IMG/VR virus record: IMGVR_UViG_3300012005_000005 | Strand: one strand, 5' to 3' | DNA from: an uncultured virus (IMG/VR IMGVR_UViG_3300012005_000005) | Lineage: Duplodnaviria; Heunggongvirae; Uroviricota; Caudoviricetes | DNA: 64,000 bases | In this document: in pieces, positions 43,130 to 50,861 of the stretch | Position numbering within the stretch: position 1 is the stretch's first letter | Layout of the letters: every line of letters starts with the position of its first letter | The notes under the pieces: generated by a model | The model's database searches: none | What the model was told of the DNA's origin: nothing | The model's input: only the letters and a program-made list of their open reading frames with translations | Program-made: the position numbers and the translations under genes

Positions 43130-43367
43130 CTTCTGTGGGAGTATTAGCTAACTCTGTTTCAAGTTCATCTTTATAATCTTCAAATTTCTTTAATACTTTT
43201 TTATCTGGCCAGTTATATATTTCTTCTTTATCTCCTTTGCGTCTTAGAATAAAATATAAGTGTTGTGCTACAGTGTATTGTGGAAACTGTTCCACAATTT
43301 GCATTAAATTATGAAAAATAAGTTGCTTAACCTGCATCTCTTCTTTATCTGTTATTGTTAGGCTCAT
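43119..43367 (-). CDS. Hypothetical protein
   Basis: 82 aa in the operon. Confidence 0.6.
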   Translation of the reverse strand: MSLTITDKEEMQVKQLIFHNLMQIVEQFPQYTVAQHLYFILRRKGDKEEIYNWPDKKVLKKFEDYKDELETELANTPTEDEY

Positions 43368-43368
43368 T

Positions 43369-43785
43369 TTATTTGGTTTTGTGTTTTTTAGGATGAATTG
43401 TTTTACGAGGTATTATTAATGAATCGGTAAATTGAGGGTGTAACAGATACTGTCGCAAACTTTCAGTAGTATCTATACTTTGGTTTAGTAACATACTCTG
43501 ATTGGCATAATACTGAACTCCGTTAATTTTAGTTGTGCCACTATCCCAACCCAAAGCCGATATTGCAGTCTCTGCCTTTACTTCTTCAATTGAAGTGACA
43601 AGTTTATAAACTTTATCACCTAATTTAATGAATTTCGCCGACCCTGCTGGCACATAAAGGGTATCATTTTTTAGTGTGACAGGATTTGAGAAGTTAATAT
43701 TGTCATTTGTCGGACGAAACTGTATTTGCGCCATCAGTACAGAGGCTAACAGCATGAAAGCTGCGGAGATTGTTATTTTTTTCAT
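43369..43785 (-). CDS. Secreted hypothetical protein
   Basis: Signal peptide MKKITISAAFMLLASVLMA-Q (Bacteroidota-like Gln after the cleavage site). Confidence 0.65.
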   Translation of the reverse strand: MKKITISAAFMLLASVLMAQIQFRPTNDNINFSNPVTLKNDTLYVPAGSAKFIKLGDKVYKLVTSIEEVKAETAISALGWDSGTTKINGVQYYANQSMLLNQSIDTTESLRQYLLHPQFTDSLIIPRKTIHPKKHKTK

Positions 43786-43790
43786 TTTAT

Positions 43791-44054
43791 TTAGGTATTT
43801 TTTATTTCTTCTATTCCAAAGTGTTCTCCTGTTTTCAGAAAATGTTTTTCATCCCCAAAACAAATTTCTCCTTCTGCTACTTTATCTGCATAATCCTGAG
43901 TGCAGCCAAGAATTGTAACTAATTCTTTTTTTATCTCACTTTTTTGCTCCTCTGTAATATAAATATCCAGCCTTCTTAAAAAAGAAGGAAAGTTACCAAC
44001 TGTTGTACAGTAAGTAGTTATAGCGTTGTTTATTTTTTTTAGTGTTTTATCCAT
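43791..44054 (-). CDS. Hypothetical protein
   Basis: 87 aa. Confidence 0.55.
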   Translation of the reverse strand: MDKTLKKINNAITTYCTTVGNFPSFLRRLDIYITEEQKSEIKKELVTILGCTQDYADKVAEGEICFGDEKHFLKTGEHFGIEEIKNT

Positions 44055-44055
44055 G

Positions 44056-44412
44056 TTATTTAGATTTATATATTTCCCACTTTAGCGGTAGTTTTTCATC
44101 AGGATTTTTTAAATTCCAAGTTTCTATTCCACAATTAGACATCAAACTTTCAGTTTTTAAATCAATATTGCATCCGCATAGTGTACAATGATCATCTAAT
44201 CTATTAGAGCTATAATCACTGATAAGTTTTGCATTTTTACTCATAAATTCGCAAGATTCACATATCAATCTTCTTCTAATTATTTCATCTTGTTTATCCT
44301 TTGGTAGTTTTCCAAGTTTATCTTTTACTTTATTTACTACTGCTTCCAATATCTTTTCTTTATTTTTTAAAGCTAAAGGAACTAAATCAGCGTATTCACT
44401 AAATAGTGACAT
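44056..44412 (-). CDS. Zn-binding conserved phage protein
   Basis: RRLICESC...CTLCGC...C. Confidence 0.65.
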   Translation of the reverse strand: MSLFSEYADLVPLALKNKEKILEAVVNKVKDKLGKLPKDKQDEIIRRRLICESCEFMSKNAKLISDYSSNRLDDHCTLCGCNIDLKTESLMSNCGIETWNLKNPDEKLPLKWEIYKSK

Positions 44413-44767
44413 TTTTATTTTGGTTTTGTTTATTATAAAATTCTAAAGCAAATTGATCTCTTTTTTTCCATAAGTTTGCAATTTGCTCTTTTATTCCTAT
44501 TACTATTCTTTCTTTTGTTAAATCTGTGTATTTAGGGCTGCTTTTTACTTTTTTTATTTTATTTAGTAAATATTTAATATAATTGTTTGTTTTATAAGGA
44601 CTTGCAACTATTGTACCTATTTTTTTGATGTGTATTGGCTCTTCTGCTAACGTAGTGAGGTTTCTCACTATTTCTTTCCAATAAAGTTTATTAACCTTCT
44701 CCACTATCTTTACATCTAAGTTTAGATTAGTTGCAACCATCTTATTTACTATATTTATAGTCTTCAT
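44399..44767 (-). CDS. HU/IHF-like protein
   Basis: VATNLNLD..IVEKV...IHIKKIGT pattern. Confidence 0.5.
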   Translation of the reverse strand: MKTINIVNKMVATNLNLDVKIVEKVNKLYWKEIVRNLTTLAEEPIHIKKIGTIVASPYKTNNYIKYLLNKIKKVKSSPKYTDLTKERIVIGIKEQIANLWKKRDQFALEFYNKQNQNKNVTI

Positions 44768-45102
44768 TTATTATCTATCTTAATTAGGAGTGCCACTATA
44801 CTGTCTAAATTAACATTTAGATTATCATTAACTACATATTCATTTATTGCTACTTTTTTAATAAGTCCTACACTTTTTAGTTTGCTCATAGTGTTTTTTA
44901 CTGAATCTACACTTTGTAATATTTTACTATTAAGTATTAAATCTTTTGTAGTTTGTGTAATCTTATACACCATAAAATAAGAAAGTACAGTAATGTCTGT
45001 ATCAGATAGTTTAATAGAAGACAATAAGCAATAAACTGAAATTAAAGACTTTGCTTGTTCTATCTTACTATTTGTTTTTTTATTAATTTTTATTAGTTGC
45101 AT
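44764..45102 (-). CDS. Winged-HTH-like protein
   Basis: SVKNTMSKLKSVGLIKK. Confidence 0.55.
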   Translation of the reverse strand: MQLIKINKKTNSKIEQAKSLISVYCLLSSIKLSDTDITVLSYFMVYKITQTTKDLILNSKILQSVDSVKNTMSKLKSVGLIKKVAINEYVVNDNLNVNLDSIVALLIKIDNK

Positions 45103-45515
45103 TATATTCCTAATAGTTTCATTATTTGTCTAAATTCATTTATAGAAGGGCAGTATCCTCTAAAATATTGATTAGGTAATAAAGGTCTTGTACCTTTATC
45201 TATAGATAAAACATTCCCACCTGATGTATACCAACAATGCCAGTACTTATCTTTGGTAAATGATAATATTTCAGGATTGCTGCACTTTGCTTGTTTCCAC
45301 CCTTCTTCTTCTATTTGTTCTTTTGTTAGGTATTGAGTTCTGATTTCAGCATCATTATCCTTTTTATTATATTTACAGAAGTTTTCTAAATCATATAAAT
45401 TTTCTATTATTTCTTTATCCCAAATACCTCTTACAGGATCATTTTCTATTTCATATTCATACCCTACTCTTATGTCTTCTATTTCGGGGGTGAAGTATTT
45501 TTTATCTTTTTCCAT
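45102..45515 (-). CDS. Hypothetical phage protein
   Basis: YFTPEIEDIRVGYEYE...LTKEQIEEEGW; start moved to MEKD, downstream of the promoter. Confidence 0.7.
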   Translation of the reverse strand: MEKDKKYFTPEIEDIRVGYEYEIENDPVRGIWDKEIIENLYDLENFCKYNKKDNDAEIRTQYLTKEQIEEEGWKQAKCSNPEILSFTKDKYWHCWYTSGGNVLSIDKGTRPLLPNQYFRGYCPSINEFRQIMKLLGI

Positions 45516-45536
45516 AACTATTTGGTTTATAAAGAG

Positions 45537-45568
45537 CAAATATAATCAATTTTTATGACTTTACCAAA
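45537..45568 (-). promoter_or_regulatory. Bacteroidota sigma-A promoter
   Basis: TTTG-N20-TATATTTG. Confidence 0.75.
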
Positions 45569-45600
45569 TTTATTTTTAATCTTTGTTGATTATTTTAATT

Positions 45601-45651
45601 AAAAAAAGCCATCAGCCGATAGGGGATACCCCTGTCCTATGCTGACAGCTT
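45601..45651 (-). terminator. Long hairpin plus U run
   Basis: AGCTGTCAGC...GCTGATGGCT followed by a T run. Confidence 0.65.
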
Positions 45652-45656
45652 AAATT

Positions 45657-45687
45657 AAAAAGTCCCAAGATGGAAATCTTAGGACTT
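45657..45687 (-). terminator. Terminator of attenuator 3
   Basis: AAGTCCTAAGA-TTTCCA-TCTTGGGACTT then TTT. Confidence 0.75.
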
Positions 45688-45725
45688 ATATATTTTCAAT
45701 ACCAAGTTTATTTTTTATGAGTCTT

Positions 45726-45830
45726 TTAAGCCCAATCTGTATCTCTCGTATTAACATAACCCTTCTTGTCGTATGTAAAACACGGCTGTGTAGTTTGTTG
45801 ATGCCAAAATCGAGATACTAAATTTTTCAT
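45726..45830 (-). CDS. Leader peptide 3 (34 aa, MKNLVSRFWHQQTTQPCFTYDKKGYVNTRDTDWA)
   Basis: ATG 4 nt after TAGTTTTG; followed by a terminator; block of R(CGA)/F/W/H/Q/T/P/C codons. Confidence 0.7.
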   Translation of the reverse strand: MKNLVSRFWHQQTTQPCFTYDKKGYVNTRDTDWA

Positions 45831-45834
45831 AAAG

Positions 45835-45866
45835 CAAAACTAAGTAATTTTCTTGAAACTACCAAA
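45835..45866 (-). promoter_or_regulatory. Bacteroidota sigma-A promoter
   Basis: TTTG-N20-TAGTTTTG. Confidence 0.75.
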
Positions 45867-45883
45867 ACTATTTTAAAAAATAA

Positions 45884-46501
45884 CTAAAAATAATTAAAAA
45901 TCCAGGAATTTTCCTCTATTTCTACTAATTCAATACTTAAATCTTTAATTATTGTCTCTTTTTCACACTCATATACTTCTAAAGGGAGTTCTACTTTTTC
46001 TTTAAAAGGTTTTTCATATTTTTCATAAGAAAATATAAATCCCTTAGTAGTAAATTGCCTTTTAGCTACACAATTTATAATGCCAGTATATCTAATTTTT
46101 AATTCCTTAGAAGCTTCTTTAGCACTTATAAATTCTTTTATAAACTCTCCAAATAAATCATATTGATAAACTTTTTTGGGTTCTACAGGAACATAAGTTT
46201 TCCATTTTTTTCTTACTTCATCCCCTTTTAAAATATTTAAAAGTTGAAAACCCTTATCTAAATAAAGATTTATATAATATTTTTCTTTGCTTAGAAGAAT
46301 TTGTTTATTTAAAAATAGTAATTCTTCTAAAATTTCAAATTTATGATTTATTACACCATATTTTTTAAAAGAATTTAATAGTTTATGTTGTTGCTTACAG
46401 TTTAAAGTTTTATAATGTGACCATCTTCTTTCTATATTTAAAGATTCTCCTATGTAAATTTTATTAGTAGGAGAAGTTATTTTGTATATTCCTGATGTCA
46501 T
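45884..46501 (-). CDS. GIY-YIG homing endonuclease with NUMOD1
   Basis: SGIYKITSP..IYIGES and VYQYDLFGEFIKEF; start moved to MTSG. Confidence 0.85.
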   Translation of the reverse strand: MTSGIYKITSPTNKIYIGESLNIERRWSHYKTLNCKQQHKLLNSFKKYGVINHKFEILEELLFLNKQILLSKEKYYINLYLDKGFQLLNILKGDEVRKKWKTYVPVEPKKVYQYDLFGEFIKEFISAKEASKELKIRYTGIINCVAKRQFTTKGFIFSYEKYEKPFKEKVELPLEVYECEKETIIKDLSIELVEIEENSWIFNYF

Positions 46502-46507
46502 TGCATA

Positions 46508-46539
46508 CAAAATTATAAAAACTTTTTGATATTACCAAA
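46508..46539 (-). promoter_or_regulatory. Bacteroidota sigma-A promoter
   Basis: TTTG-N20-TAATTTTG. Confidence 0.7.
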
Positions 46540-46552
46540 TTTATTTTTAAAA

Positions 46553-46626
46553 GTGGGATAGAGGAGTCACCATCTCCATGCAGTTCCGTTTTACAGACGG
46601 TCTGACTTGCGCTGAGCATTATCCCA
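46553..46626 (-). tRNA. tRNA-Tyr(GTA), atypical/degenerate
   Basis: Acceptor TGGGATA/TATCCCA; anticodon arm CCGT-CTGTAAA-ACGG; non-canonical D and T loops. Confidence 0.55.
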
Positions 46627-46703
46627 ATATACATATCCAATCAGTATTAGTTCCATTAAACTCTACTAACCAAAGAATATTATTTAAGTTAATTATAAAC
46701 ATG

Positions 46704-46792
46704 CGGAAAACAGTGTACTCGAAACACATACCTCACAGGGTACATACGCCTTAGCAGGGCGTTGCTATTGTCCTAATATAGCTTTATTTTCC
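46704..46792 (-). tRNA. tRNA-Ser(GCT)
   Basis: ACGCC-CTGCTAA-GGCGT, long variable arm, TTCGA loop. Confidence 0.85.
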
Positions 46793-46797
46793 TTTTG

Positions 46798-46883
46798 CAG
46801 TAGGTGGAGGATTCCAACCCCCGTCGGTGTTACCCGCCTTCAGTTTTCAGGACTGCGCCATTAGCAAACTCTGGCAACCTACT
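46798..46883 (-). tRNA. tRNA-Ser(TGA)
   Basis: Acceptor AGTAGGT/ACCTACT; CAGT-CCTGAAA-ACTG; long variable arm. Confidence 0.75.
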
Positions 46884-46888
46884 ATTTG

Positions 46889-46962
46889 TACCGACAGTCC
46901 GATTTGAACGGACAAACTACACTTTCTAAGAATGTAAGGCGTACCAATTACCTCATGTCGGC
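46889..46962 (-). tRNA. tRNA-Leu(TAG)
   Basis: TACATT-CTTAGAA-AGTGTA; GTCCG-TTCAAAT-CGGAC. Confidence 0.85.
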
Positions 46963-46967
46963 GTTTG

Positions 46968-47042
46968 TGTTCCTACTGAGATTCGAACTCAGCCTTGTAA
47001 GATTTTTAAGACCTTTGCGTCCACCTACTGCGCCATAGGAAC
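46968..47042 (-). tRNA. tRNA-Leu(TAA)
   Basis: GTTCCTA/TAGGAAC; AAGGT-CTTAAAA-ATCTT; CTGAG-TTCGAAT-CTCAG. Confidence 0.88.
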
Positions 47043-47047
47043 GTTTG

Positions 47048-47119
47048 TACCCTTAGTAGGTCACGAGCCTACACTGATTACCTTTTGAGGGTAACGCCTC
47101 TGCATTGGGCTATAAGGGC
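47048..47119 (-). tRNA. tRNA-Leu(CAA)
   Basis: GCCCTTA/TAAGGGT; TTACC-CTCAAAA-GGTAA. Confidence 0.8.
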
Positions 47120-47121
47120 AT

Positions 47122-47152
47122 AAAAAAACCTTGTCTCAATTAAGCAACAAGG
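47122..47152 (-). terminator. Terminator of attenuator 1
   Basis: CCTTGT...ACAAGG plus T7, 2 nt upstream of tRNA-Leu(CAA). Confidence 0.8.
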
Positions 47153-47180
47153 TGTATATGTGTTTGAATGATTATAGGTA

Positions 47181-47264
47181 TTATCCTAATTCTATATCAT
47201 ACATTCCCCTGTCGCTATTTTGTAGCGATAAACTATAGAGACTATATGATGTAAATTGTTTCAT
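47181..47264 (-). CDS. Leader peptide 1 (27 aa, MKQFTSYSLYSLSLQNSDRGMYDIELG)
   Basis: Between promoter and terminator; 9 consecutive Ser/Tyr/Leu codons. Confidence 0.8.
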   Translation of the reverse strand: MKQFTSYSLYSLSLQNSDRGMYDIELG

Positions 47265-47279
47265 TATTTATTTAAAATG

Positions 47280-47311
47280 CAAATATACGTAAAATTTTTG
47301 ACATTGCCAAA
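47280..47311 (-). promoter_or_regulatory. Bacteroidota sigma-A promoter
   Basis: TTTG-N20-TATATTTG. Confidence 0.8.
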
Positions 47312-47319
47312 TATTTATT

Positions 47320-48333
47320 TTAACAAGTAGTTATAAAGTCTTCCCAAGCTTCTAAAGCTTCTTCATTATACCTTTTTAGAGATTTTTTTTCTTTTCTTAC
47401 TAAGGAGTTTCCATTTTTTAGAGCGTGTAACATTTTTTTTACTACTGCTTCTATGTTTGTAGTGGATGTTTTGCTTTCTTCTGGCAACCACTCTATTGTG
47501 TTTCCTACTATTATAGGAATTCCTTGTGATACAAAATCAGCGGCTACAATATTAAAAGATTCATTAAATGATAATTGCATTCCTAAATCCATATTTGAAA
47601 TAAGTCCTAAAAACTCCTCATGTGGAAGCCAAGAATGCTCAACTAACTCATGCTTAGTATTCTTAAACAAAGCTCTTAAATTCTTAACTACAGATTCTCC
47701 GCCTTGTTCTTGTCTTGTACTATTTACATGAAAGCGTATTAATTTATTTTGGTAATTGCCTAAACTTATAGAGGCAAAAGCTTGAAATAGTTGATTTTTC
47801 ATTGGTCTTAAGGCTCCAAAACAACCTATATCAATTACCTTTTTATTTTTAAACTCTCCCAAAAAATTTCTATCATCACAACCACTATAAATATTTGGAA
47901 GATATGGAAAATTTGTATAAAGTGTAGCCATAAAGGAAGTTTGAGCTTCTTTAGAATTAAAAGCTACTGATACATTAGAAATCTTTTTGTATTCTTTTAT
48001 CCAATCTATTGCTACACCCTCATTAGCTAAAAATGGAACTTCTGAGTGAATCCTTATTACAAATAACAAATCTTTATATAGTTTCTGTAATTCTTGTATT
48101 TTTTTGGGTGTAACCCAAATAGCTTCTATTATACATACATCCGGTCTATATTCATTAAGTTCTTTGTCTATGCTATTTCCATCTATACAGATTTTTAGAT
48201 CAGCTTCTATGTCTAAGTGTTCTTCTAAGCTCTCTTCGGTCATCTTTGCAGAATTAAATAATCCTGATGACAAGCCTTTGAAAGAATAGTTTCCGTAATT
48301 ATTTTGTTTTTTTAAAAGAAAAAGTATTTTCAT
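47320..48333 (-). CDS. Glycosyltransferase (GT-B fold-like)
   Basis: IGCFGALRPMKNQ...MDLGMQLSFNESFNIVAAD. Confidence 0.8.
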   Translation of the reverse strand: MKILFLLKKQNNYGNYSFKGLSSGLFNSAKMTEESLEEHLDIEADLKICIDGNSIDKELNEYRPDVCIIEAIWVTPKKIQELQKLYKDLLFVIRIHSEVPFLANEGVAIDWIKEYKKISNVSVAFNSKEAQTSFMATLYTNFPYLPNIYSGCDDRNFLGEFKNKKVIDIGCFGALRPMKNQLFQAFASISLGNYQNKLIRFHVNSTRQEQGGESVVKNLRALFKNTKHELVEHSWLPHEEFLGLISNMDLGMQLSFNESFNIVAADFVSQGIPIIVGNTIEWLPEESKTSTTNIEAVVKKMLHALKNGNSLVRKEKKSLKRYNEEALEAWEDFITTC

Positions 48334-48560
48334 TATACTGCTGGGGCTGGGTTTATTGTTACATCAATTCTATCTGAAGCATCTGTTAGTGTGCTATTTA
48401 GTGAAGCTATTGCTCCTGCGGTCATTGTATTTCCACTTGGAGTTATTGCTGATTCATTATCTAATATAGTACTTATTAACACTAACAAATTAGATAATTG
48501 CGCAATATCATTTTGTTGATCTACAGTGAATGCTACAGGAGGAATTACATTTATTGGCAT
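48333..48560 (-). CDS. Hypothetical protein
   Basis: 75 aa, stop overlaps the next start. Confidence 0.55.
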   Translation of the reverse strand: MPINVIPPVAFTVDQQNDIAQLSNLLVLISTILDNESAITPSGNTMTAGAIASLNSTLTDASDRIDVTINPAPAV

Positions 48561-48570
48561 TATTTACATT

Positions 48571-48732
48571 TTAAAAACGAAAATTGGTAAACTCTTTTAA
48601 TAACCATAAAAGACCTATAATTATTATTAGTGCTGAAAATAATTTTCTTTTTGGCTGGGTTAGTGTTATTAAATCAAGTAACAGAAAAGCTATTACATAA
48701 AATATTAAAACTAAGATTACTGCTGTTAACAT
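48571..48732 (-). CDS. Small two-TM membrane protein (53 aa, possible holin)
   Basis: MLTAVILVLIFYVIAFLLLDLITLTQPKRKLFSALIIIIGLLWLLKEFTNFRF; below the track length cutoff. Confidence 0.55.
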   Translation of the reverse strand: MLTAVILVLIFYVIAFLLLDLITLTQPKRKLFSALIIIIGLLWLLKEFTNFRF

Positions 48733-48763
48733 TGTTTATTATTTATTTATTTAAAAAGATTAA

Positions 48764-49228
48764 TTAATGAATAATTTTACCTACTAAAAACTCTATTACC
48801 CCTAATAAAATTAATAATCCTGTTCCATAGGTTGTTATTTGTGTAACCTTCTTCTCAATAAATCTGACTCTCATATCAATATCTTGCAAAGATGCTTCAA
48901 AATTAGCTTTATATAAGGCATCATAAGAATCTGAAACATTTAGTTTTTCCTTCTCTAAACTCTCAATTCTTCTTTCTGTTCCATTTGCAAGATTTTTAAT
49001 ATCTTCCCTTACACCTTCTATTCTTACTTTTAGTTCTACAAGTAGGTCATGGTCATTTCCATTGGTATTGACCAATACTCTACTTGCATCAATAGCGTTA
49101 CTGGCAACTAATTTACTTGCGGATTGTGCGGCATTAGCAATTACTGTTGCTGCCTGTTCTGCTGCCTTATTAATTAGTTTAACTGCATCGGCTGCATTTT
49201 TTATTGCTACTTCTTCATTATCATCCAT
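48764..49228 (-). CDS. Coiled-coil protein with C-terminal TM helix
   Basis: Ala-rich helix, DHDLLVEL motif, C-terminal hydrophobic segment. Confidence 0.65.
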   Translation of the reverse strand: MDDNEEVAIKNAADAVKLINKAAEQAATVIANAAQSASKLVASNAIDASRVLVNTNGNDHDLLVELKVRIEGVREDIKNLANGTERRIESLEKEKLNVSDSYDALYKANFEASLQDIDMRVRFIEKKVTQITTYGTGLLILLGVIEFLVGKIIH

Positions 49229-49236
49229 AAGTTATA

Positions 49237-49268
49237 CAAATATACGTAAAATAATTGGAATTACCAAA
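49237..49268 (-). promoter_or_regulatory. Bacteroidota sigma-A promoter
   Basis: TTTG-N20-TATATTTG. Confidence 0.75.
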
Positions 49269-49323
49269 TCCCATTATTCTTAGTCAGTCATAAATATAAA
49301 ATATGTAGTTTTAGTAGTATAAA

Positions 49324-49397
49324 TGGTGGACAGATGTGGGAGTCGAACCCAAACAATCTCCTTGCAAAGGAGTTGACCTGCCGTTGGCATCACGCCC
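49324..49397 (-). tRNA. tRNA-Ala(TGC)
   Basis: CTCC-TTTGCAA-GGAG, G3:U70 pair, encoded CCA; bulged acceptor stem. Confidence 0.75.
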
Positions 49398-49460
49398 ATA
49401 AAATTCCAAGCTCAATCCATCACGCAAGGATGTGCTTCTATACTGTTGGCTTGGACTTAG

Positions 49461-49534
49461 TTGTCGAAGTAGGATTTGAACCTACGGCCTCTTTCTTATC
49501 AGGAAATTGCGCTACCAAGCTGCGCCATTCGACA
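49461..49534 (-). tRNA. tRNA-Ile(GAT)
   Basis: TGTCGAA/TTCGACA; TTTC-CTGATAA-GAAA. Confidence 0.88.
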
Positions 49535-49539
49535 ATATG

Positions 49540-49611
49540 TTGATGCAGATGGAATCGAACCAACAATCACGGAGATATAAGCTCCGCACTCTACCATTGA
49601 ATTATGCATCA
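49540..49611 (-). tRNA. tRNA-Ile(TAT)
   Basis: TGATGCA/TGCATCA; CGGAG-CTTATAT-CTCCG. Confidence 0.85.
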
Positions 49612-49763
49612 ATATAATGGAAATTAGGAAACGTATTATTTTCTTTTTTATCCTTCGAGATGGGAAGCGCATTTCCACTAAGGTGCTATTTTGAAAGTTC
49701 AATCCTTAATAAGAACTTCCTTTTATCTAATAAGGCTTAAATATAGTGAAAAATAGCAAAACC

Positions 49764-49839
49764 TGGCAGAACACACGGGAGTTGAACCCGTTCCGTGCAC
49801 CTTGACAGGGTGACATCTTATCCGTTTGACCTGTGCTCT
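49764..49839 (-). tRNA. tRNA-Asp(GTC)
   Basis: AGAGCAC/GTGTTCT; CACC-CTGTCAA-GGTG; encoded CCA. Confidence 0.85.
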
Positions 49840-50861
49840 ATTAATTCTCTAAGTATTTCTACTCTTTGTTTATTTGTTTCTATTATATTATAATGTCTTT
49901 TTCCATATTCATAATTCATTTCTCCATAATCTTCTACTGCATTTGGGTTATTTATAAAAAATTTAAAAGCTTTATACCAATCCTGACCTTTGTCACAAAA
50001 AACTATACCTTTATGGTCTTTATCTGCTGTAAATGGTAAAACATTGCTGCAAATAAAGGGTTTTTTTGTAGAGGATGCCTCTAAAAACTTTAGATTTGAC
50101 TTACAACTGTTAAAAAAAGTGTCTTCTAATGGTGCAACTGTTATATCTCCATAATTATAATGCTCCATATACTTATCTAAAGTAAGAGTGTCTCTTCTAA
50201 TATATGAATTAGACTTTTTACATATAGATTCCATACTATACCAAGCATTTTGTTTACTATTTGTAGGGTTGTTATATCCACAAAGAGTAAAATTAGCCTT
50301 TTTTTTGAAGTCTGTATCTGTTCCAAGCCTTTGAAACAAACCACTAATGGATTTTAAGTCATTATAATGTGTACTTCCTGATACATATAAGAATCTTAAT
50401 TTATCTGAATCAGTTTTTCTATTCTCTACATCAAAGGAAAGTGCATTTGGTATAACAAAAATATTTTTATTATATACTTTATAAACATCCCTTAGTAACT
50501 CATTGGTTACAAATACTAAATCTGCCTGTTTGCATGCTTCTATTAAACGTTCTCCCAACTTTACCCTATTCCAATCTGTGTAGTATAAGTGATTATAAGG
50601 AAGTATATAGTAGTCATCTATATCTAAAACTATTTTAAAACCATATTTCTTCCTTAAAATGTTCATTACTTCCCACTCTTCAAACATCATACGTTTTAGA
50701 AAAACTATATCACAATCAAATATGGTCTCGTCCTTATAACAATCTTTGTGTCTTACAATTTTAATACTATCATTTTTTTCTAAATCAAAATAGTTGGTGG
50801 GTAAAAGAAGTCGGTGATAATCACATCCATCATTTTCGCTGTATAGGATAGTTATTCTCAT
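49818..50861 (-). CDS. Glycosyltransferase (GT-B, family 4-like)
   Basis: GCDYHRLLLP, LDIDD, VIPNA, APLEDTFFNSCKSNLKFLE. Confidence 0.85.
   Translation of the reverse strand: MRITILYSENDGCDYHRLLLPTNYFDLEKNDSIKIVRHKDCYKDETIFDCDIVFLKRMMFEEWEVMNILRKKYGFKIVLDIDDYYILPYNHLYYTDWNRVKLGERLIEACKQADLVFVTNELLRDVYKVYNKNIFVIPNALSFDVENRKTDSDKLRFLYVSGSTHYNDLKSISGLFQRLGTDTDFKKKANFTLCGYNNPTNSKQNAWYSMESICKKSNSYIRRDTLTLDKYMEHYNYGDITVAPLEDTFFNSCKSNLKFLEASSTKKPFICSNVLPFTADKDHKGIVFCDKGQDWYKAFKFFINNPNAVEDYGEMNYEYGKRHYNIIETNKQRVEILRELIEHRSNG

Noticed and set aside
47120..47280. T-box riboswitch as the explanation for the tRNA leaders
   Set aside because: No AANNNGGGTGGTACC T-box motif in any of the three leaders; a translated ORF with biased codons fits better.
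49499..49702. 67-aa minus-strand ORF
   Set aside because: It overlaps two well-formed tRNA-Ile genes.
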